Assembly: GCA_052388515.1 (NCBI GenBank)
Contig: JBQTHZ010000010.1
Location: 565-64,564, forward strand
Source of the DNA: Chloroflexota bacterium
GTDB taxonomy: Bacteria > Chloroflexota > Limnocylindria > QHBO01
Reading direction: 5' to 3'
Length of the DNA stretch: 64,000 nucleotides
Of this stretch, positions 19,711 through 29,852 are shown one piece after another. Below the pieces are notes generated by a model, which was given only the letters and a program-made list of their open reading frames with translations, was not told where the DNA came from and made no database searches. The position numbers were made by a program, and so were the translations under genes. How positions within the stretch are numbered: the first letter of the stretch is position 1; each line of letters begins with the position of its first letter.

Positions 19711-22701
19711 CTACTCCCCGGTCAGGTCAGCAAGGGACTCGAGCACGGCTTCCAGCTCGTCGATCCGTTCCTGGTAGGTGCCGAGGTCACCCGCATCGAG
19801 CGCCGCCTGCGCCTCGCCGTAGAGGCGCTGGGCCTCGGCAACCAGGTCGGCCACGTTGGACGGCAGCTCTCCCGGTGACTCGTCCGGTGCGCCGGGCGAG
19901 GGTGACGGAGCCGGTGACTCGCCGGGATCGGTCGGCTCCGGGACCTCCGGGGGAGGTGGCTCGGCCTCGCCGAGGAGCTGGCGAAGGCCCTCCTCCACCG
20001 TCTCCGCGAACGCGACGCGTCGCTGGTCGGCCATGATCACCCGCACGAACTCGGGGAACGGGGCGCCCTCCGCCTGGAGGAAGATCGGCTCGACATAGAG
20101 GAGCCCGTCCTCGCCGATCGGCAGGACCAGCAGGTTGCCGCGCACGACCCGTGAGCCGGCGCTCGACCACAGGGTGAACTGCTCGCTGATGGCATCGTCT
20201 GCGCCGATGCGCCCCTCGATCTGCACCGGGCCCTGCGTCGAGGTGCCGGTCGGGAACTGGAACGCGATGCGCTCGCCGTAGACGCCGGGGTCCATGCGGG
20301 CCGCGACCCAGGCGATCATGTTCGGACGGTCCTCGGGGACCATTGGCTGGATGAGGACGAACTCGGCCTCGTCCTCGCCCGGGATGCGCATGATCACGTA
20401 GTAGGGCTCCATCGGCTGCCCGTTGCCGGCCACCACGTCCTCGGGGATCGCCCAGCGATCGTCCTCGTTGTAGAAGGTCGTGGCGCCGTTCTCGGTCGCC
20501 GGCAGGTGGTAGAGCCGGTAGGCCTCGTTCTGCGCGACGAAGAGGTCCTCGGGGTATCGCAGGTGCGCCTGCAGGCCCTCCGGCATCGCGGAGAGCGGCT
20601 CGAACAGGTCCGGGAAGATGCGGGCGTAGGCGGCCACGATCGGGTCGTCCGGATCGGCCAGGAAGAAGCGGACCGTGCCGTCATAGGCATCGACCACCAC
20701 CTTCACGCTGTTCCGCACGTAGTTCGCGCCGGCGAAGCGGCTGGTCGACGGGAGGGGCTGCGCATTCGGATAGCGGTTGCTGACGGTGTAGGCGTCCCAG
20801 ACCCAGAGCAGCCGGTCGTCGGCGCTGACGATGTACGGATCTCCGTCGTACGCCAGGAACGGGGCGATCTCGGGCACGCGCTCACCGATGGCGCGCCGGA
20901 ATAGCACCTGCGACTCATCGGTCAGCTGGTTGCTGATCAGCATGTTGAAGTCGCCGAAGCGAAGCGCGAAGAGCGCGCGCGCCAGGGGATTTCCGATCCC
21001 CACGCCGGTCGAGCCGTTCCAGACCGTCTCGGCCCCGGCCTCGCCGCCCTCGCTTCCGTCGGTATCGAGCGGATAGTCGAACTCCGCGGTCGTGGTCCCG
21101 GTGACGATGTAGGTGTCGGTCTCCTCGCCGAAGTAGATGCGAGGCTGGTCCAGCGGCAGCTGCGGATCGCGGTTGATGCCGCTGACCAGGTAGTCCGGGG
21201 TGCCCTGGTCCGTGACCGCGTCGACCGGCACGGCGGTGATGCCGTAGCCATGGGTGTAGACGAGGCGCTCGTTCGTCCAGGTGCGGCTCTCGCCGAAGCG
21301 TTCGACGTCCAGCTCACGCGCGCTCAGCATGATCTGGCGCTGTTCGTCCCCGATCTCGTAGCGGTCGATGTCGACGTCGGAGAAGGTGTAGTAGCGACGC
21401 AGGATCTGCTGCTGGCCGAAGGTCGTCAACAGGGGCCGGTAGTCCCACAGCCGCAGGTTGTCGATGGTGGCCGCATCGTCCACGAAGACCTCGCGGGTCA
21501 GATCCTGCTCGCCGGTGAAGCGCCGCTGCTCGATCGCGTCGAGGTCGAAGGCGCGCCGCGTCGAGGTGATGTGGTCGACGATGTACTCGCGCTCGACGTT
21601 GAGCTCGTTCGGGTTGACCTGCACCGTCTGCACGAAGCTCGGGTAGAGGCCGCCGACCAGGATCGACAGCACGATCCAGGCGCCGGCCGCCAGGCCGAGC
21701 AGCCACAGGGTGCGGAACCAGGTGTTGAGCAGCAGGACGGCGGCGGCAGCGAGGGCGACGACGGTCAGGATCACCGAAGCAGGGAGCTGCGCGTTGACGT
21801 CGGTGTAGAGCGCTGCCTGCACGCTCCCGCTCAGCCCGCGCGTGGAGTAGGTGAGCTCGGCGATATCGAGCTGGTAGCCCCCGGCGATCACGGCGAGCAG
21901 CAAGGCGCCGATGACCGACAGGTGCGCCCGCACCGGCGCGCTGAGGCGGAACTGCCACCGCAGTGCCCGCGCCGCGTAGGCGCCAAGTGTCAGCAGCCCG
22001 ATGACGATGAGGGTCGTCGATCCCCATCCGAGCAGGAATCGCCAGAACGGCAGGTCGAACACGTAGAAGCCGACGTCGCGGCCCAGCGTCGGATCGGTGA
22101 CGCCCCACTCGCCGCCATTCAGGAAGAGCAGCACGAGCTCCCAGTTGCCGCTCCACGCAGCGGCGGAGCCGAGCGACAGGAGGACCGCCACGGCCGTGAG
22201 CCCAATGGCGATCGCGCGAGACGCATCCGGCATCTCGATCCCACCCAACTCCCGCACCGGCGACTGCGGCGCGATGCGGCTCGCCAGCCAGATGCTGAGC
22301 AACGCCGGCACGAGCATGGCGACGAAGCCGATCGCGAACAGCGCCACCTGCGACCAGAGCCGCGTCTGGAGCACGTCGCGTCGACCGAGCGCGTCGTACC
22401 ACATGACGTCGCTGATCAGGTTGACGACACCACCGAGCAGACCGAGCACGACGAGCAGGGCCAGGATTCCGCCACCGATCAGCAGGTATCGGCGCCATGG
22501 CACGTCACCGCCCGCGATCGGTGGGAAGGTGGGCCCGTCACCGCCACCGTTCGTTCGACGTTGCCCTCGCTCCTTGTCGATCGGCGTCACGTTGCGCTCG
22601 CGACCTGCACGACGCTCGAAGGGACGGCCTTCCCGGCGAGCATCCGCCTCTTCCTGGCGGCGCTGAAGGTCCTCGAGCAGCTTGTCGAACCAGCTTGACA
22701 T
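19711..22701 (-). CDS. UPF0182 family large membrane protein
   Basis: ~996 aa with N-terminal TM helices and the conserved GRDVGFYVFDLPFWRF and YY.F.DVDIDRY blocks typical of UPF0182. The start is placed at MSSWFDKLL (ATG 22699-22701). Confidence 0.8.
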   Translation of the reverse strand: MSSWFDKLLEDLQRRQEEADARREGRPFERRAGRERNVTPIDKERGQRRTNGGGDGPTFPPIAGGDVPWRRYLLIGGGILALLVVLGLLGGVVNLISDVMWYDALGRRDVLQTRLWSQVALFAIGFVAMLVPALLSIWLASRIAPQSPVRELGGIEMPDASRAIAIGLTAVAVLLSLGSAAAWSGNWELVLLFLNGGEWGVTDPTLGRDVGFYVFDLPFWRFLLGWGSTTLIVIGLLTLGAYAARALRWQFRLSAPVRAHLSVIGALLLAVIAGGYQLDIAELTYSTRGLSGSVQAALYTDVNAQLPASVILTVVALAAAAVLLLNTWFRTLWLLGLAAGAWIVLSILVGGLYPSFVQTVQVNPNELNVEREYIVDHITSTRRAFDLDAIEQRRFTGEQDLTREVFVDDAATIDNLRLWDYRPLLTTFGQQQILRRYYTFSDVDIDRYEIGDEQRQIMLSARELDVERFGESRTWTNERLVYTHGYGITAVPVDAVTDQGTPDYLVSGINRDPQLPLDQPRIYFGEETDTYIVTGTTTAEFDYPLDTDGSEGGEAGAETVWNGSTGVGIGNPLARALFALRFGDFNMLISNQLTDESQVLFRRAIGERVPEIAPFLAYDGDPYIVSADDRLLWVWDAYTVSNRYPNAQPLPSTSRFAGANYVRNSVKVVVDAYDGTVRFFLADPDDPIVAAYARIFPDLFEPLSAMPEGLQAHLRYPEDLFVAQNEAYRLYHLPATENGATTFYNEDDRWAIPEDVVAGNGQPMEPYYVIMRIPGEDEAEFVLIQPMVPEDRPNMIAWVAARMDPGVYGERIAFQFPTGTSTQGPVQIEGRIGADDAISEQFTLWSSAGSRVVRGNLLVLPIGEDGLLYVEPIFLQAEGAPFPEFVRVIMADQRRVAFAETVEEGLRQLLGEAEPPPPEVPEPTDPGESPAPSPSPGAPDESPGELPSNVADLVAEAQRLYGEAQAALDAGDLGTYQERIDELEAVLESLADLTGE

Positions 22702-22938
22702 GTGCGGGCATGCTACCGGGTCCCGCCTGGGTCCGCGCCGCAGCGCTGATGTGCCGTCAGGATCGGGTCGGCCAGGCTCGATCTTCGCCGGGCCAGCAAT
22801 TCCCGGCAGAGGTGGCCTCCAGCACGGCCACACGAGAGCTCGCGAGGTCCTTGCTCACGGTGTCGTCCGACTGCGCGCGTACCTTTCCGGATTGAGCGCT
22901 CGGTGAGTCCTTCAGGAGCAGGGCGCGCGGATCCGCGC

Positions 22939-24657
22939 TCACTCCCACTCGATGGTGGCGGGTGGCTTGGAGCTGATGTCGTAGACGACGCGGTTGACGC
23001 CGGGCACCTCGTTCACGATCCGCGATGAGATCTTCGCGAGCACGTCGTACGGGAGCCGCGCCCAGTCCGCGGTCATGCCGTCATCGGAGGTGACCGCGCG
23101 GATGGCGACCACGTTGGCGTACGTGCGTCCGTCGCCCATCACGCCGACCGAGCGCACCGGGGTGAGGATGGCGAACGACTGCCACAGAGACCGATACAGC
23201 CCGGCTGCCTTGATCTCGTCGATTACGATCCAGTCGGCCTCGCGCAGGGTGTCGAGCCGCTCCGCCGTCACTTCGCCGATGATCCGGATGGCGAGCCCGG
23301 GCCCCGGGAACGGCTGGCGCTGGACCATCGCCTCCGGCAGCCCGAGCTGCACGCCGACCCGGCGGACCTCATCCTTGAACAGGTGGCGCAGCGGCTCGAT
23401 GAGCTTGAAGCGCAGGTCGGGCGGCAGCCCGCCGACGTTGTGATGGGTCTTGATCTTCTGCGCCGCCTTCGTCTCGGCCGTGGTCGACTCGATGACGTCG
23501 GGGTAGAGCGTCCCCTGCGTCAGGAAGTCGATCTGCCCCAGCTTCGCGGCCTCCTCCTCGAAGACGCGGATGAACTCGTCGCCGATGATCCGCCGCTTCT
23601 CCTCCGGGTCCTCGACGGCCGCCAGCCGCGCCAGGAACCGATCCCGAGCATCGACCATCACCAGGTTCATGCCGAGGTCCCGCTCGAAGGTGACGCGCAG
23701 CAGCTCCGATTCGCGCTTTCGCATCAGCCCATGGTCGACGTAGATGCAGGTCAGCTGGTCGCCGATGGCACGATGCACCAGCGTCGCCGCCACCGCCGAG
23801 TCCACGCCGCCCGAGAGCGCGCAGATGACGTGGCCGGCACCGACCCGCTCCCGGATCTCGGCAACGGTGGTCTCGACGAGGTTGGCCGCCGTCCAGTTCG
23901 GTCGCGCCCCCGCCACGCCGACGACGAAGTTGCGCAGGACGTCACGTCCGATCGGCGTGTGCACGACCTCGGGGTGGAACTGGATGCCGTACAGGTTGCG
24001 GGCGGGATCGGCGAGGCCGGCGTACGGAGTTGCATCGGTCTGTGCCGTCGCGCGGAAGCCCTCAGGCGGTCGGAGGATGGCGTCGCCGTGGCTCATCCAC
24101 ACCGGCTGCTCGCGCTCGATGCCGGCAAACAGCCCATCGGGCTCGTTGATCGCCACCGTCGCCGGGCCGTACTCGCGCTTCGCCGATGGCACCACCTCGC
24201 CGCCCAGCTCGTGGGCCATCAGCTGAAGTCCGTAGCAGATTCCCAGCACCGGGATGCGGCCGGACCAGACGGCCGGATCCGCCTTCGGAGCACCGTCGTC
24301 ATAGACCGATGACGGACCACCCGACAGGATCACCGCCTTGACGCCTCGCCGCTCGAGCTCCGTCATCGCCGTGTCGTGCGGGAGGAGCTCGGAGTACACG
24401 TTGAGCTCGCGCACGCGCCGAGCAATCAGCTGGGCGAACTGGCTGCCGAAGTCGAGCACCACGACCGTGTCGGGCGGTTCGGCTGCCTCGGTCTCGATGC
24501 GCTGCGGTGGCGCGGCGTGGAGCGCCTGTTCGAGGTAGGCCTCGACCTCGGCATCGTCCGGGGCGAGGACGCGATGGCCCGCATTCGCCGCCTCGCCGTG
24601 GACCGTGCGCCCTCGGCCAGGCCGGCGCTGATCGTGCGTGTCGGATTCGTCGGCCAC
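22939..24657 (-). CDS. guaA: GMP synthase (glutamine-hydrolysing)
   Basis: GATase ([25 protein letters not shown]), PP-loop ATPase (SGGVDS) and C-terminal dimerisation domain. The ORF has a ~60-aa N-terminal extension, so the start is uncertain. Confidence 0.9.
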   Translation of the reverse strand: MADESDTHDQRRPGRGRTVHGEAANAGHRVLAPDDAEVEAYLEQALHAAPPQRIETEAAEPPDTVVVLDFGSQFAQLIARRVRELNVYSELLPHDTAMTELERRGVKAVILSGGPSSVYDDGAPKADPAVWSGRIPVLGICYGLQLMAHELGGEVVPSAKREYGPATVAINEPDGLFAGIEREQPVWMSHGDAILRPPEGFRATAQTDATPYAGLADPARNLYGIQFHPEVVHTPIGRDVLRNFVVGVAGARPNWTAANLVETTVAEIRERVGAGHVICALSGGVDSAVAATLVHRAIGDQLTCIYVDHGLMRKRESELLRVTFERDLGMNLVMVDARDRFLARLAAVEDPEEKRRIIGDEFIRVFEEEAAKLGQIDFLTQGTLYPDVIESTTAETKAAQKIKTHHNVGGLPPDLRFKLIEPLRHLFKDEVRRVGVQLGLPEAMVQRQPFPGPGLAIRIIGEVTAERLDTLREADWIVIDEIKAAGLYRSLWQSFAILTPVRSVGVMGDGRTYANVVAIRAVTSDDGMTADWARLPYDVLAKISSRIVNEVPGVNRVVYDISSKPPATIEWE

Positions 24658-24761
24658 TGGTCTCAGTGTATCGGCCTCAGCCGACTGCGGAGCACGCGTT
24701 CCGCTCGGCGCGAGTCACGGCGCGAGCGCGACCAACGCCGCACCCAACGCGGCCGGCCCCC

Positions 24762-24900
24762 TTGCACCCCAGCGCAAGCATCTACGAGGATGCGGCCCCA
24801 ATCACGGCAGTCTGCTCGAGCTGGCGCCACCGCTTGCGGCTCGGGGCAAATTCAGGTCGTGATGAGCCCGAACCCCGTCGTTGGTTGCTTCTCGGCACAA
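24762..24900. repeat. degenerate copies of the same element (TTGC-N8-GCAA at 24762-24777 and 24834-24849; TTGCTTCTCGGCACAA at 24885) spaced 72 and 51 bp
   Basis: In the intergenic region between guaA start and the AAA ATPase gene end. Arms are conserved but the spacer is 8 nt. Weaker than the other arrays. Confidence 0.35.
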
Positions 24901-24922
24901 TCAGCGGAAACGCGTGGTCCGC

Positions 24923-26143
24923 TCAGCCGTCGAGCCATTCGCGAGGGTGGGCGAGGAGAAAGTCCTCGATCGGGATGCCGCCGGCGCCGACCACCAGGGA
25001 GCGCGCGCCGCGGTGCGCGTGCGTGAAGGCGATCAAGCCGCGGCTGGCTCGAGCATGGCCGCTGCGCACCTCGATCGCCGTCGGCTGATCGTGTGCCCGC
25101 ATCAGCTTTCCGGGCCGGATGACCCAGTCGACCTCGTCGTTGCCGTCGCGCCACCAGGTCAGCTCGTCGGGATCGGCGTGCGCCCAGAGATGGGCACCGA
25201 TGGCGGTCTCCACCAGGCGCGACCACGCCTCGTGATCGGCCTTCGTGCGCGCGAGGGTGGTCCGGGCGGTGGCGGTCATGAGCGCCGTGTTGAGCGCCAG
25301 GAGCTTCGGGCTCGACGCGCGGCGGCGGACGGCCGAGCCAGAGTACTTGCCGATGCCGGTCACCATGCCGGCGCCACCCAGCAGCTCGAGGTAGTGGGCG
25401 AGCGTGACGGTGTTGCCCGCGTCGGTCAGGGTCCCGAGCATCTTCGTATAGGACAGGACCTGACCCGAGTACGAGCAGGCCAGGCGGAAGAGCTGCCTCA
25501 GCAGTGCGGGCTTCTCGACGCGGTTCAGCATCAGGATGTCGCGCGACAGGTTCGTCTCGACGATCGAGTCGAGGATGTACTCCTCCCATCGGTCATGGCT
25601 CTTGATCAGGCGAGCAGCGCCGGGGTACCCGCCATAGAACAGGTAGGTGTCGAGATCCCAGCTGAAGGCGTCGCGCATCTCTGCGAAGGTCCAGTGCGTG
25701 ACGCGCACGATCTCGAAGCGGCCGGCCAGGCTGTCCGACAGGCCCTGCCGGACGAGCAGCGGCGCCGATCCCAGGAGCATCACCCGCAGTGGAATGCCTG
25801 ATGACGTGTCCTCGTCCCAGAGCTGCTTGACGACATCGGACCAGTCGCGGATCTTCTGGACCTCGTCGAGCACCAGCAACCCCCCTGCGCGTCCGCCCAT
25901 CGATGCCTGTCGGCGGCCGATCGTCCACTGCGTGTAGATCCAGCCGATGTCCTCCGGATCCGGCGCATCCGCGGACGCGAAATGGCCGGGAATGCCGATG
26001 GCGTCCATGACCTGCCGCGCGACCGTGGTCTTACCCACCTGTCGCGGGCCAGCGAGCACCTGGATGAACTGGCGCGGCTCGTGCGCGCGCTCCAGGATGG
26101 TCTCGAAGATCGGGCGCCTGTAGACTTGCGGCTTGCGGCTCAT
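24923..26143 (-). CDS. AAA-type ATP-binding protein (AAA_14 + DUF4143 architecture)
   Basis: A Walker A motif (GPRQVGKTT), a DExx-like LVLDEVQ box and a C-terminal domain resembling DUF4143. Confidence 0.8.
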   Translation of the reverse strand: MSRKPQVYRRPIFETILERAHEPRQFIQVLAGPRQVGKTTVARQVMDAIGIPGHFASADAPDPEDIGWIYTQWTIGRRQASMGGRAGGLLVLDEVQKIRDWSDVVKQLWDEDTSSGIPLRVMLLGSAPLLVRQGLSDSLAGRFEIVRVTHWTFAEMRDAFSWDLDTYLFYGGYPGAARLIKSHDRWEEYILDSIVETNLSRDILMLNRVEKPALLRQLFRLACSYSGQVLSYTKMLGTLTDAGNTVTLAHYLELLGGAGMVTGIGKYSGSAVRRRASSPKLLALNTALMTATARTTLARTKADHEAWSRLVETAIGAHLWAHADPDELTWWRDGNDEVDWVIRPGKLMRAHDQPTAIEVRSGHARASRGLIAFTHAHRGARSLVVGAGGIPIEDFLLAHPREWLDG

Positions 26144-26155
26144 GCACTCATTCGG

Positions 26156-26194
26156 CTGAGTGGAATTACTCAGTGTTGTGAGTAAGTTTACTCA
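26156..26194. promoter_or_regulatory. two adjacent TGAGT-N6-ACTCA palindromes (26157-26172, 26179-26194) in the promoter region of the AAA ATPase gene
   Basis: CTGAGTggaattACTCAG and TGAGTaagtttACTCA, 22 bp centre to centre, in a locally AT-richer stretch immediately upstream of ATG 26143 (minus strand). Candidate operator pair. Confidence 0.45.
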
Positions 26195-26255
26195 CTCGAT
26201 GCGAGCGGACGCGCTCGAGCGCGTCACCAGCGGCGCATCGCTCACTCGTCCCAGA

Positions 26256-26579
26256 TCACGCGCCGAGCCGGACGGCGGTGCCGGACGCGGTCACCATGAG
26301 CATGCTGCCACCCTGGCCGACCGTCTCGTAGTCGAGGTCGATGCCCACGACGGCATCGGCTCCACGCGTCGTGCCCTCGGCAGTGAGCTCGTCCATGGCG
26401 ATCTCCCGCGCCCGGCGCAGCTCCTCTTCGTAGGCGCCCGACCGTCCGCCGACGATGTCCCGCACGCCCGCGAACAGGTCGCGGACGATGTTCGCGCCGA
26501 GAATCGCCTCGCCGGTGACGACCCCCAGGTATTCAGTGATCGCTCGCCCGTCCACGCTCGGCGTGGTGGTCAGGATCAT
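26256..26579 (-). CDS. YbjQ/UPF0145 family heavy-metal-binding-like protein
   Basis: 107 aa and highly conserved throughout ([38 protein letters not shown]). Confidence 0.8.
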   Translation of the reverse strand: MILTTTPSVDGRAITEYLGVVTGEAILGANIVRDLFAGVRDIVGGRSGAYEEELRRAREIAMDELTAEGTTRGADAVVGIDLDYETVGQGGSMLMVTASGTAVRLGA

Positions 26580-26959
26580 GATCGGTCCTCCAGCATGTAG
26601 AACTCACTGAACTCGCGACAGCGGCCGTCCGGCGCGAACTGCAGGAGGTAGGCGTTGTGATAGGTCCGTTGCGGATCGGCCTCGGTCGCCTCGTAGCGGC
26701 TGAACCCGATGGCTACGGCTCGATCGCCTTCCACTGCGTACGGCTCGTAGCGCGCTTCCCAGGTGCCCGGCGCATCGCGTTCCTCGAGCCATGACTCGGC
26801 GATGGCGGCGTTGCCGGTGGCAGTCTGCTTCGGGTCGCTGTACGGCCGATACCGATAGACGGCTTCCTCGGTGAACAGCGCCTTGATGAGCTCCGGATCA
26901 TTGGCTGCCCATGCCTCGACGTATCGGTCCAGCCAGGTCTGCACGTCAGATCGTTCCAT
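26576..26959 (-). CDS. SnoaL-like / NTF2-fold protein
   Basis: 127 aa with the [23 protein letters not shown] pattern typical of SnoaL-like/DUF4440 proteins. Confidence 0.6.
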   Translation of the reverse strand: MERSDVQTWLDRYVEAWAANDPELIKALFTEEAVYRYRPYSDPKQTATGNAAIAESWLEERDAPGTWEARYEPYAVEGDRAVAIGFSRYEATEADPQRTYHNAYLLQFAPDGRCREFSEFYMLEDRS

Positions 26960-26976
26960 GCGTCGATGCTACGCCG

Positions 26977-28017
26977 TCAGGCGTACAACGTGGCGAGCCG
27001 GTGCGCCTCCTCGTCCAGTTCGTGCCGCTCTGACGGCGTGAGGTCGCGGAGCGGCGCGAGTTGGATCTCGGAATGCTCGAAGCGCCACGTGCCGGCCACC
27101 TGCCCGTCAACCAGGAAGGTGTTGTGCGAATGCGGCGTCTTCGTGTTGAAGATGAGCGGCCGATACTCCTCGGGGAGCACCTGCGTTCGGCGAGCGTGGA
27201 CCAGGAGCATCGCGTCCCACACCGCCAGGAAGCGGGGTGGTGCGGGCGTCTCAGGATCCGGCAGCGGAGCACCCGGCAGATCGACCAGCGTCTTGCCGGC
27301 TTCGTCGTGCAGCGCGCGCAGCTCCATGCCATCGGCAACATGCTTCATCTGGCCAACGTTGAGTCCCATCCAGCTGGCGACGTCCCTGAGTGGCGCCGGG
27401 CCGAACGCGCCGAGGTAGCGGCGGATGAGATGCTCGATCCCGTCGTCCTCGCTGACCTCAACCGGAGGAATCCATTGATCGGCGGGGCCGTAGAGGTCCG
27501 CCCGGCGTTGCTCCCATGTCCCCGATGGTGGAACCCGGACCATATCGACCCACAGCCCAGCCCAGTTGGCCGAGCGCGGCGGGAAGCCGCGTGCCACCAA
27601 ACGTTGCGTCAGCTCATTCATGCGCAGCGGCCCGCTCGCGAGCTCGTCGCGGACGGCAACGGCGACGGCCTCCATGTCGGTGGTGCGGACGTCGCGCTGA
27701 ACCCTTGTGTACCACTCGCGGTTGACGCGCCGGATCCCGGCCATCATCGGCCAATAGTCGGCGGCCGAAACGGTATGGATGGTCGCCCGCATCATCGTCG
27801 CCTGGATGGCCCGTCGCTCCTCGAGAGCCTGCGTCAGCATCGGCCTGTCGAAGTCATGCATGCGCGACCACAGGCCGATGTAGCCCGCCGGGGCGTACTG
27901 CATCTGGATCCCGCCCATCTGCTCCATGACCTCGGTCAGGCTCAGTGCCGATCGCTCCAGGAGGGATTGGCGCGCGAGGAGCGCGCGGTTCAACGCGCGG
28001 GTTGTCACCGGCTTCAT
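26977..28017 (-). CDS. AlkZ/YcaQ-like winged-helix DNA glycosylase family protein (paralog 1)
   Basis: N-terminal MKPVTTRALNRALLARQSLL... is co-linear with the second copy at 37940. The family resemblance (HTH_42 / interstrand-crosslink glycosylase AlkZ/YcaQ) rests on length (~345 aa) and the conserved N-terminal block. The upstream 31-aa ORF extension is ignored. Confidence 0.7.
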   Translation of the reverse strand: MKPVTTRALNRALLARQSLLERSALSLTEVMEQMGGIQMQYAPAGYIGLWSRMHDFDRPMLTQALEERRAIQATMMRATIHTVSAADYWPMMAGIRRVNREWYTRVQRDVRTTDMEAVAVAVRDELASGPLRMNELTQRLVARGFPPRSANWAGLWVDMVRVPPSGTWEQRRADLYGPADQWIPPVEVSEDDGIEHLIRRYLGAFGPAPLRDVASWMGLNVGQMKHVADGMELRALHDEAGKTLVDLPGAPLPDPETPAPPRFLAVWDAMLLVHARRTQVLPEEYRPLIFNTKTPHSHNTFLVDGQVAGTWRFEHSEIQLAPLRDLTPSERHELDEEAHRLATLYA

Positions 28018-28049
28018 CGATGGCCGATGGTAGCCCTCGGATTCCGCCG

Positions 28050-28236
28050 TTGCCGAAGGAGCAACTAACGACAATGGAAGCGCCCTTGACTCGGCGGGCG
28101 TTGCTCGCATCGCAACATGCGACGGTCAAGCGCCGGTTCCGAGCGCCAACTCCGACAATAGTTGCCGGGCTGGCAAACGGCCGGGACCAGTGACGACGAA
28201 CAGCGCCAACTCCGTCGTTCGTTGCCGCGCCGGCAA
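28050..28236. repeat. array of four TTGC-N7-GCAA palindromic elements (28050-28064, 28101-28115, 28162-28176, 28222-28236), spacings 51, 61, 60 bp
   Basis: TTGCCGAAGGAGCAA, TTGCTCGCATCGCAA, TTGCCGGGCTGGCAA and TTGCCGCGCCGGCAA in the intergenic region between guaB3-like stop and AlkZ-like paralog 1 start. The last two units are ~45-bp direct repeats (agcgccaactccg...gttgccg.gc.ggcaa). Confidence 0.7.
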
Positions 28237-28267
28237 GCGCGTCGGAGACCGGGAGCGCGCGGAGCGG

Positions 28268-29431
28268 CTATTCGCTGCCGGCGAGCTGCCAGGACTTGCC
28301 CTCGGTGGCGATCGACGGCGCGATCACCATTTCCACCGCGTGCATCTCGCGAATGGTGCGCACCCCGAGCGCGGCCATCGACTGGCGCAGCGCGCCGACC
28401 AGGTTCTGGGTGCCGTGGGTCGTCTCCGACGGGCCGAACAGGATCTGCTGGAGCGGCAGACGTTCGCCGATGCGAATACGCGTCCCTCGCGGCAGCGTGG
28501 GCGAGGGAGCGGCCATGCCCCAGTTGAATCCGCGGCCGGGCGCCTCGATGGCCCCCGCAAGTGGTGAGCCGAGCATGACCGCATCGGCTCCCGAGGCGAT
28601 CGCCTTGGCAATGTCGCCGCCGGTCTTCATGCCGCCATCGGTGACGACGGGGACGTAGCGGCCGGTCTCGCGCTCGTATCGATCACGGGCCGCGGCCACC
28701 TCGAGGGTGGCAGACACCTGGGGAACGCCGATGCCGAGCACCTCGCGCGTCGTGCATGCGGCACCCGGCCCGACCCCCACGAAGATACCCGCTGCGCCCT
28801 GGTGCATGAGCTGGTAGGCGGCCTCACCGCTGACCGTGTTCCCTACGAGCACCGGCAGCTGGAGGCCGCCGGTCAGATCGGCAAGCGAGAGCACGCGCGT
28901 CGAGGTCGAGATGTGTCGAGCGGACGACACCTGCGACTGGACGAGCAGCAGATCGGCGCCGGCTTCCGCCGCCAGCTCGGCATGATGCCACGCCGCGGCG
29001 GGGGTCGTCGCCACCGCGGCGATCGACCCCTGTGCCTTGATGCGGGTGATGATCGCCGTGATGAGCTCGTCGCGCACCGGTTGCTCGTAGGCCTGCGCGA
29101 GGATGTGGGCCGCGGCCTGCCCGCTCTCGGCGGCCGCGACCCGCTCGATGAGCGAGTTGGCGTCCTCGTAGCGTGTGTAGATTCCCTCCAGGTTGACGAC
29201 CGCCAGCCCACCGTGCCGGCTCATGCGCACCGCGAAGTCCGCATCGGCGACGGCATCCATGGCCGCCGCGAGGAACGGGATCTCGAGTCGAAAGCCGCCG
29301 ATCTCGACGCCAACGTCGACCTCGGCCGGATCCGCAGTCACAGCACCCGGAACGAGCGCCACTTCGTCGAAGCCGTAGGCACGTCGCAAACGGGCTCCGG
29401 TCACGTCGCGGACGGGTGCCTGGTCGATCAA
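28268..29431 (-). CDS. IMP dehydrogenase family protein lacking the CBS subdomain (GuaB3-like)
   Basis: 387 aa IMPDH-like TIM barrel (GVDVGVEIGGFRLEIPFLAAAMD...GIGVPQ..) without the CBS pair. This resembles actinobacterial GuaB3-type paralogs. Confidence 0.8.
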   Translation of the reverse strand: MIDQAPVRDVTGARLRRAYGFDEVALVPGAVTADPAEVDVGVEIGGFRLEIPFLAAAMDAVADADFAVRMSRHGGLAVVNLEGIYTRYEDANSLIERVAAAESGQAAAHILAQAYEQPVRDELITAIITRIKAQGSIAAVATTPAAAWHHAELAAEAGADLLLVQSQVSSARHISTSTRVLSLADLTGGLQLPVLVGNTVSGEAAYQLMHQGAAGIFVGVGPGAACTTREVLGIGVPQVSATLEVAAARDRYERETGRYVPVVTDGGMKTGGDIAKAIASGADAVMLGSPLAGAIEAPGRGFNWGMAAPSPTLPRGTRIRIGERLPLQQILFGPSETTHGTQNLVGALRQSMAALGVRTIREMHAVEMVIAPSIATEGKSWQLAGSE

Positions 29432-29450
29432 CGGGACCTCCTCGGATAGG

Positions 29451-29480
29451 AAAAGGCCCGCGCGGCAGAGCGGCGCGGGC
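29451..29480 (-). terminator. rho-independent terminator (minus strand): GCCCGCGC-9nt-GCGCGGGC followed by UUUU
   Basis: On the minus strand the 8-bp GC stem-loop is followed by a T4 tract. It sits downstream of the photolyase remnant / small membrane protein genes and upstream of the guaB3-like start. Confidence 0.6.
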
Positions 29481-29572
29481 GGCGTTCGGCGTGGGTCGCG
29501 ATGACGGCGCGGATCGGATGCACGATTGGTGATCGCTGCGGCTTTGGCGAAGTATACGGCCGCGAACCTGGC

Positions 29573-29809
29573 TCATCGCGACGAAATGGCCCGGTAGCGT
29601 GCCAGCGTGCGCTGACGCGCATCGGCGTGGTCGAGGATGGGCGCTGGATAGTCACGCGGCGGCTCGGGTGCCCGCCACGGCTCGTGGATGTGCTCGTCCG
29701 GCAGATGCGCGAGCTCCGGCACCCATCGGCGCACGTAGGCCCCACGTGGATCGAACTTCCGTGAGGCGCAGATCGCGTCGAAACCAGGCGATCGCGCGGC
29801 GCGGCGCAT
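29573..29809 (-). pseudogene. remnant of a deoxyribodipyrimidine photolyase gene (C-terminal ~65 codons only)
   Basis: The translation ...KFDPRGAYVRRWVPELAHLPDEHIHEPWRAPEP..DYPAPILDHADARQRTLARYRA matches the extreme C-terminus of CPD photolyases/cryptochromes (KFDP.G.YIR.WLPEL...HEPW...DYP.PIV.H). No N-terminal photolyase or FAD domains are present upstream. Confidence 0.6.
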
Positions 29810-29852
29810 CGGTCACGCGCGCGCCCGCGATCGGATCACGAGTCGTGGATCC

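Noticed and set aside
24923-26143. AAA/DUF4143 ATPase as part of a defence island or mobile element
   Set aside because: Flanking genes are housekeeping (guaA) or small conserved proteins (YbjQ-like, SnoaL-like). No integrase, transposase, restriction, toxin or direct-repeat boundaries were found. Only the operator-like palindromes in its promoter are noted.
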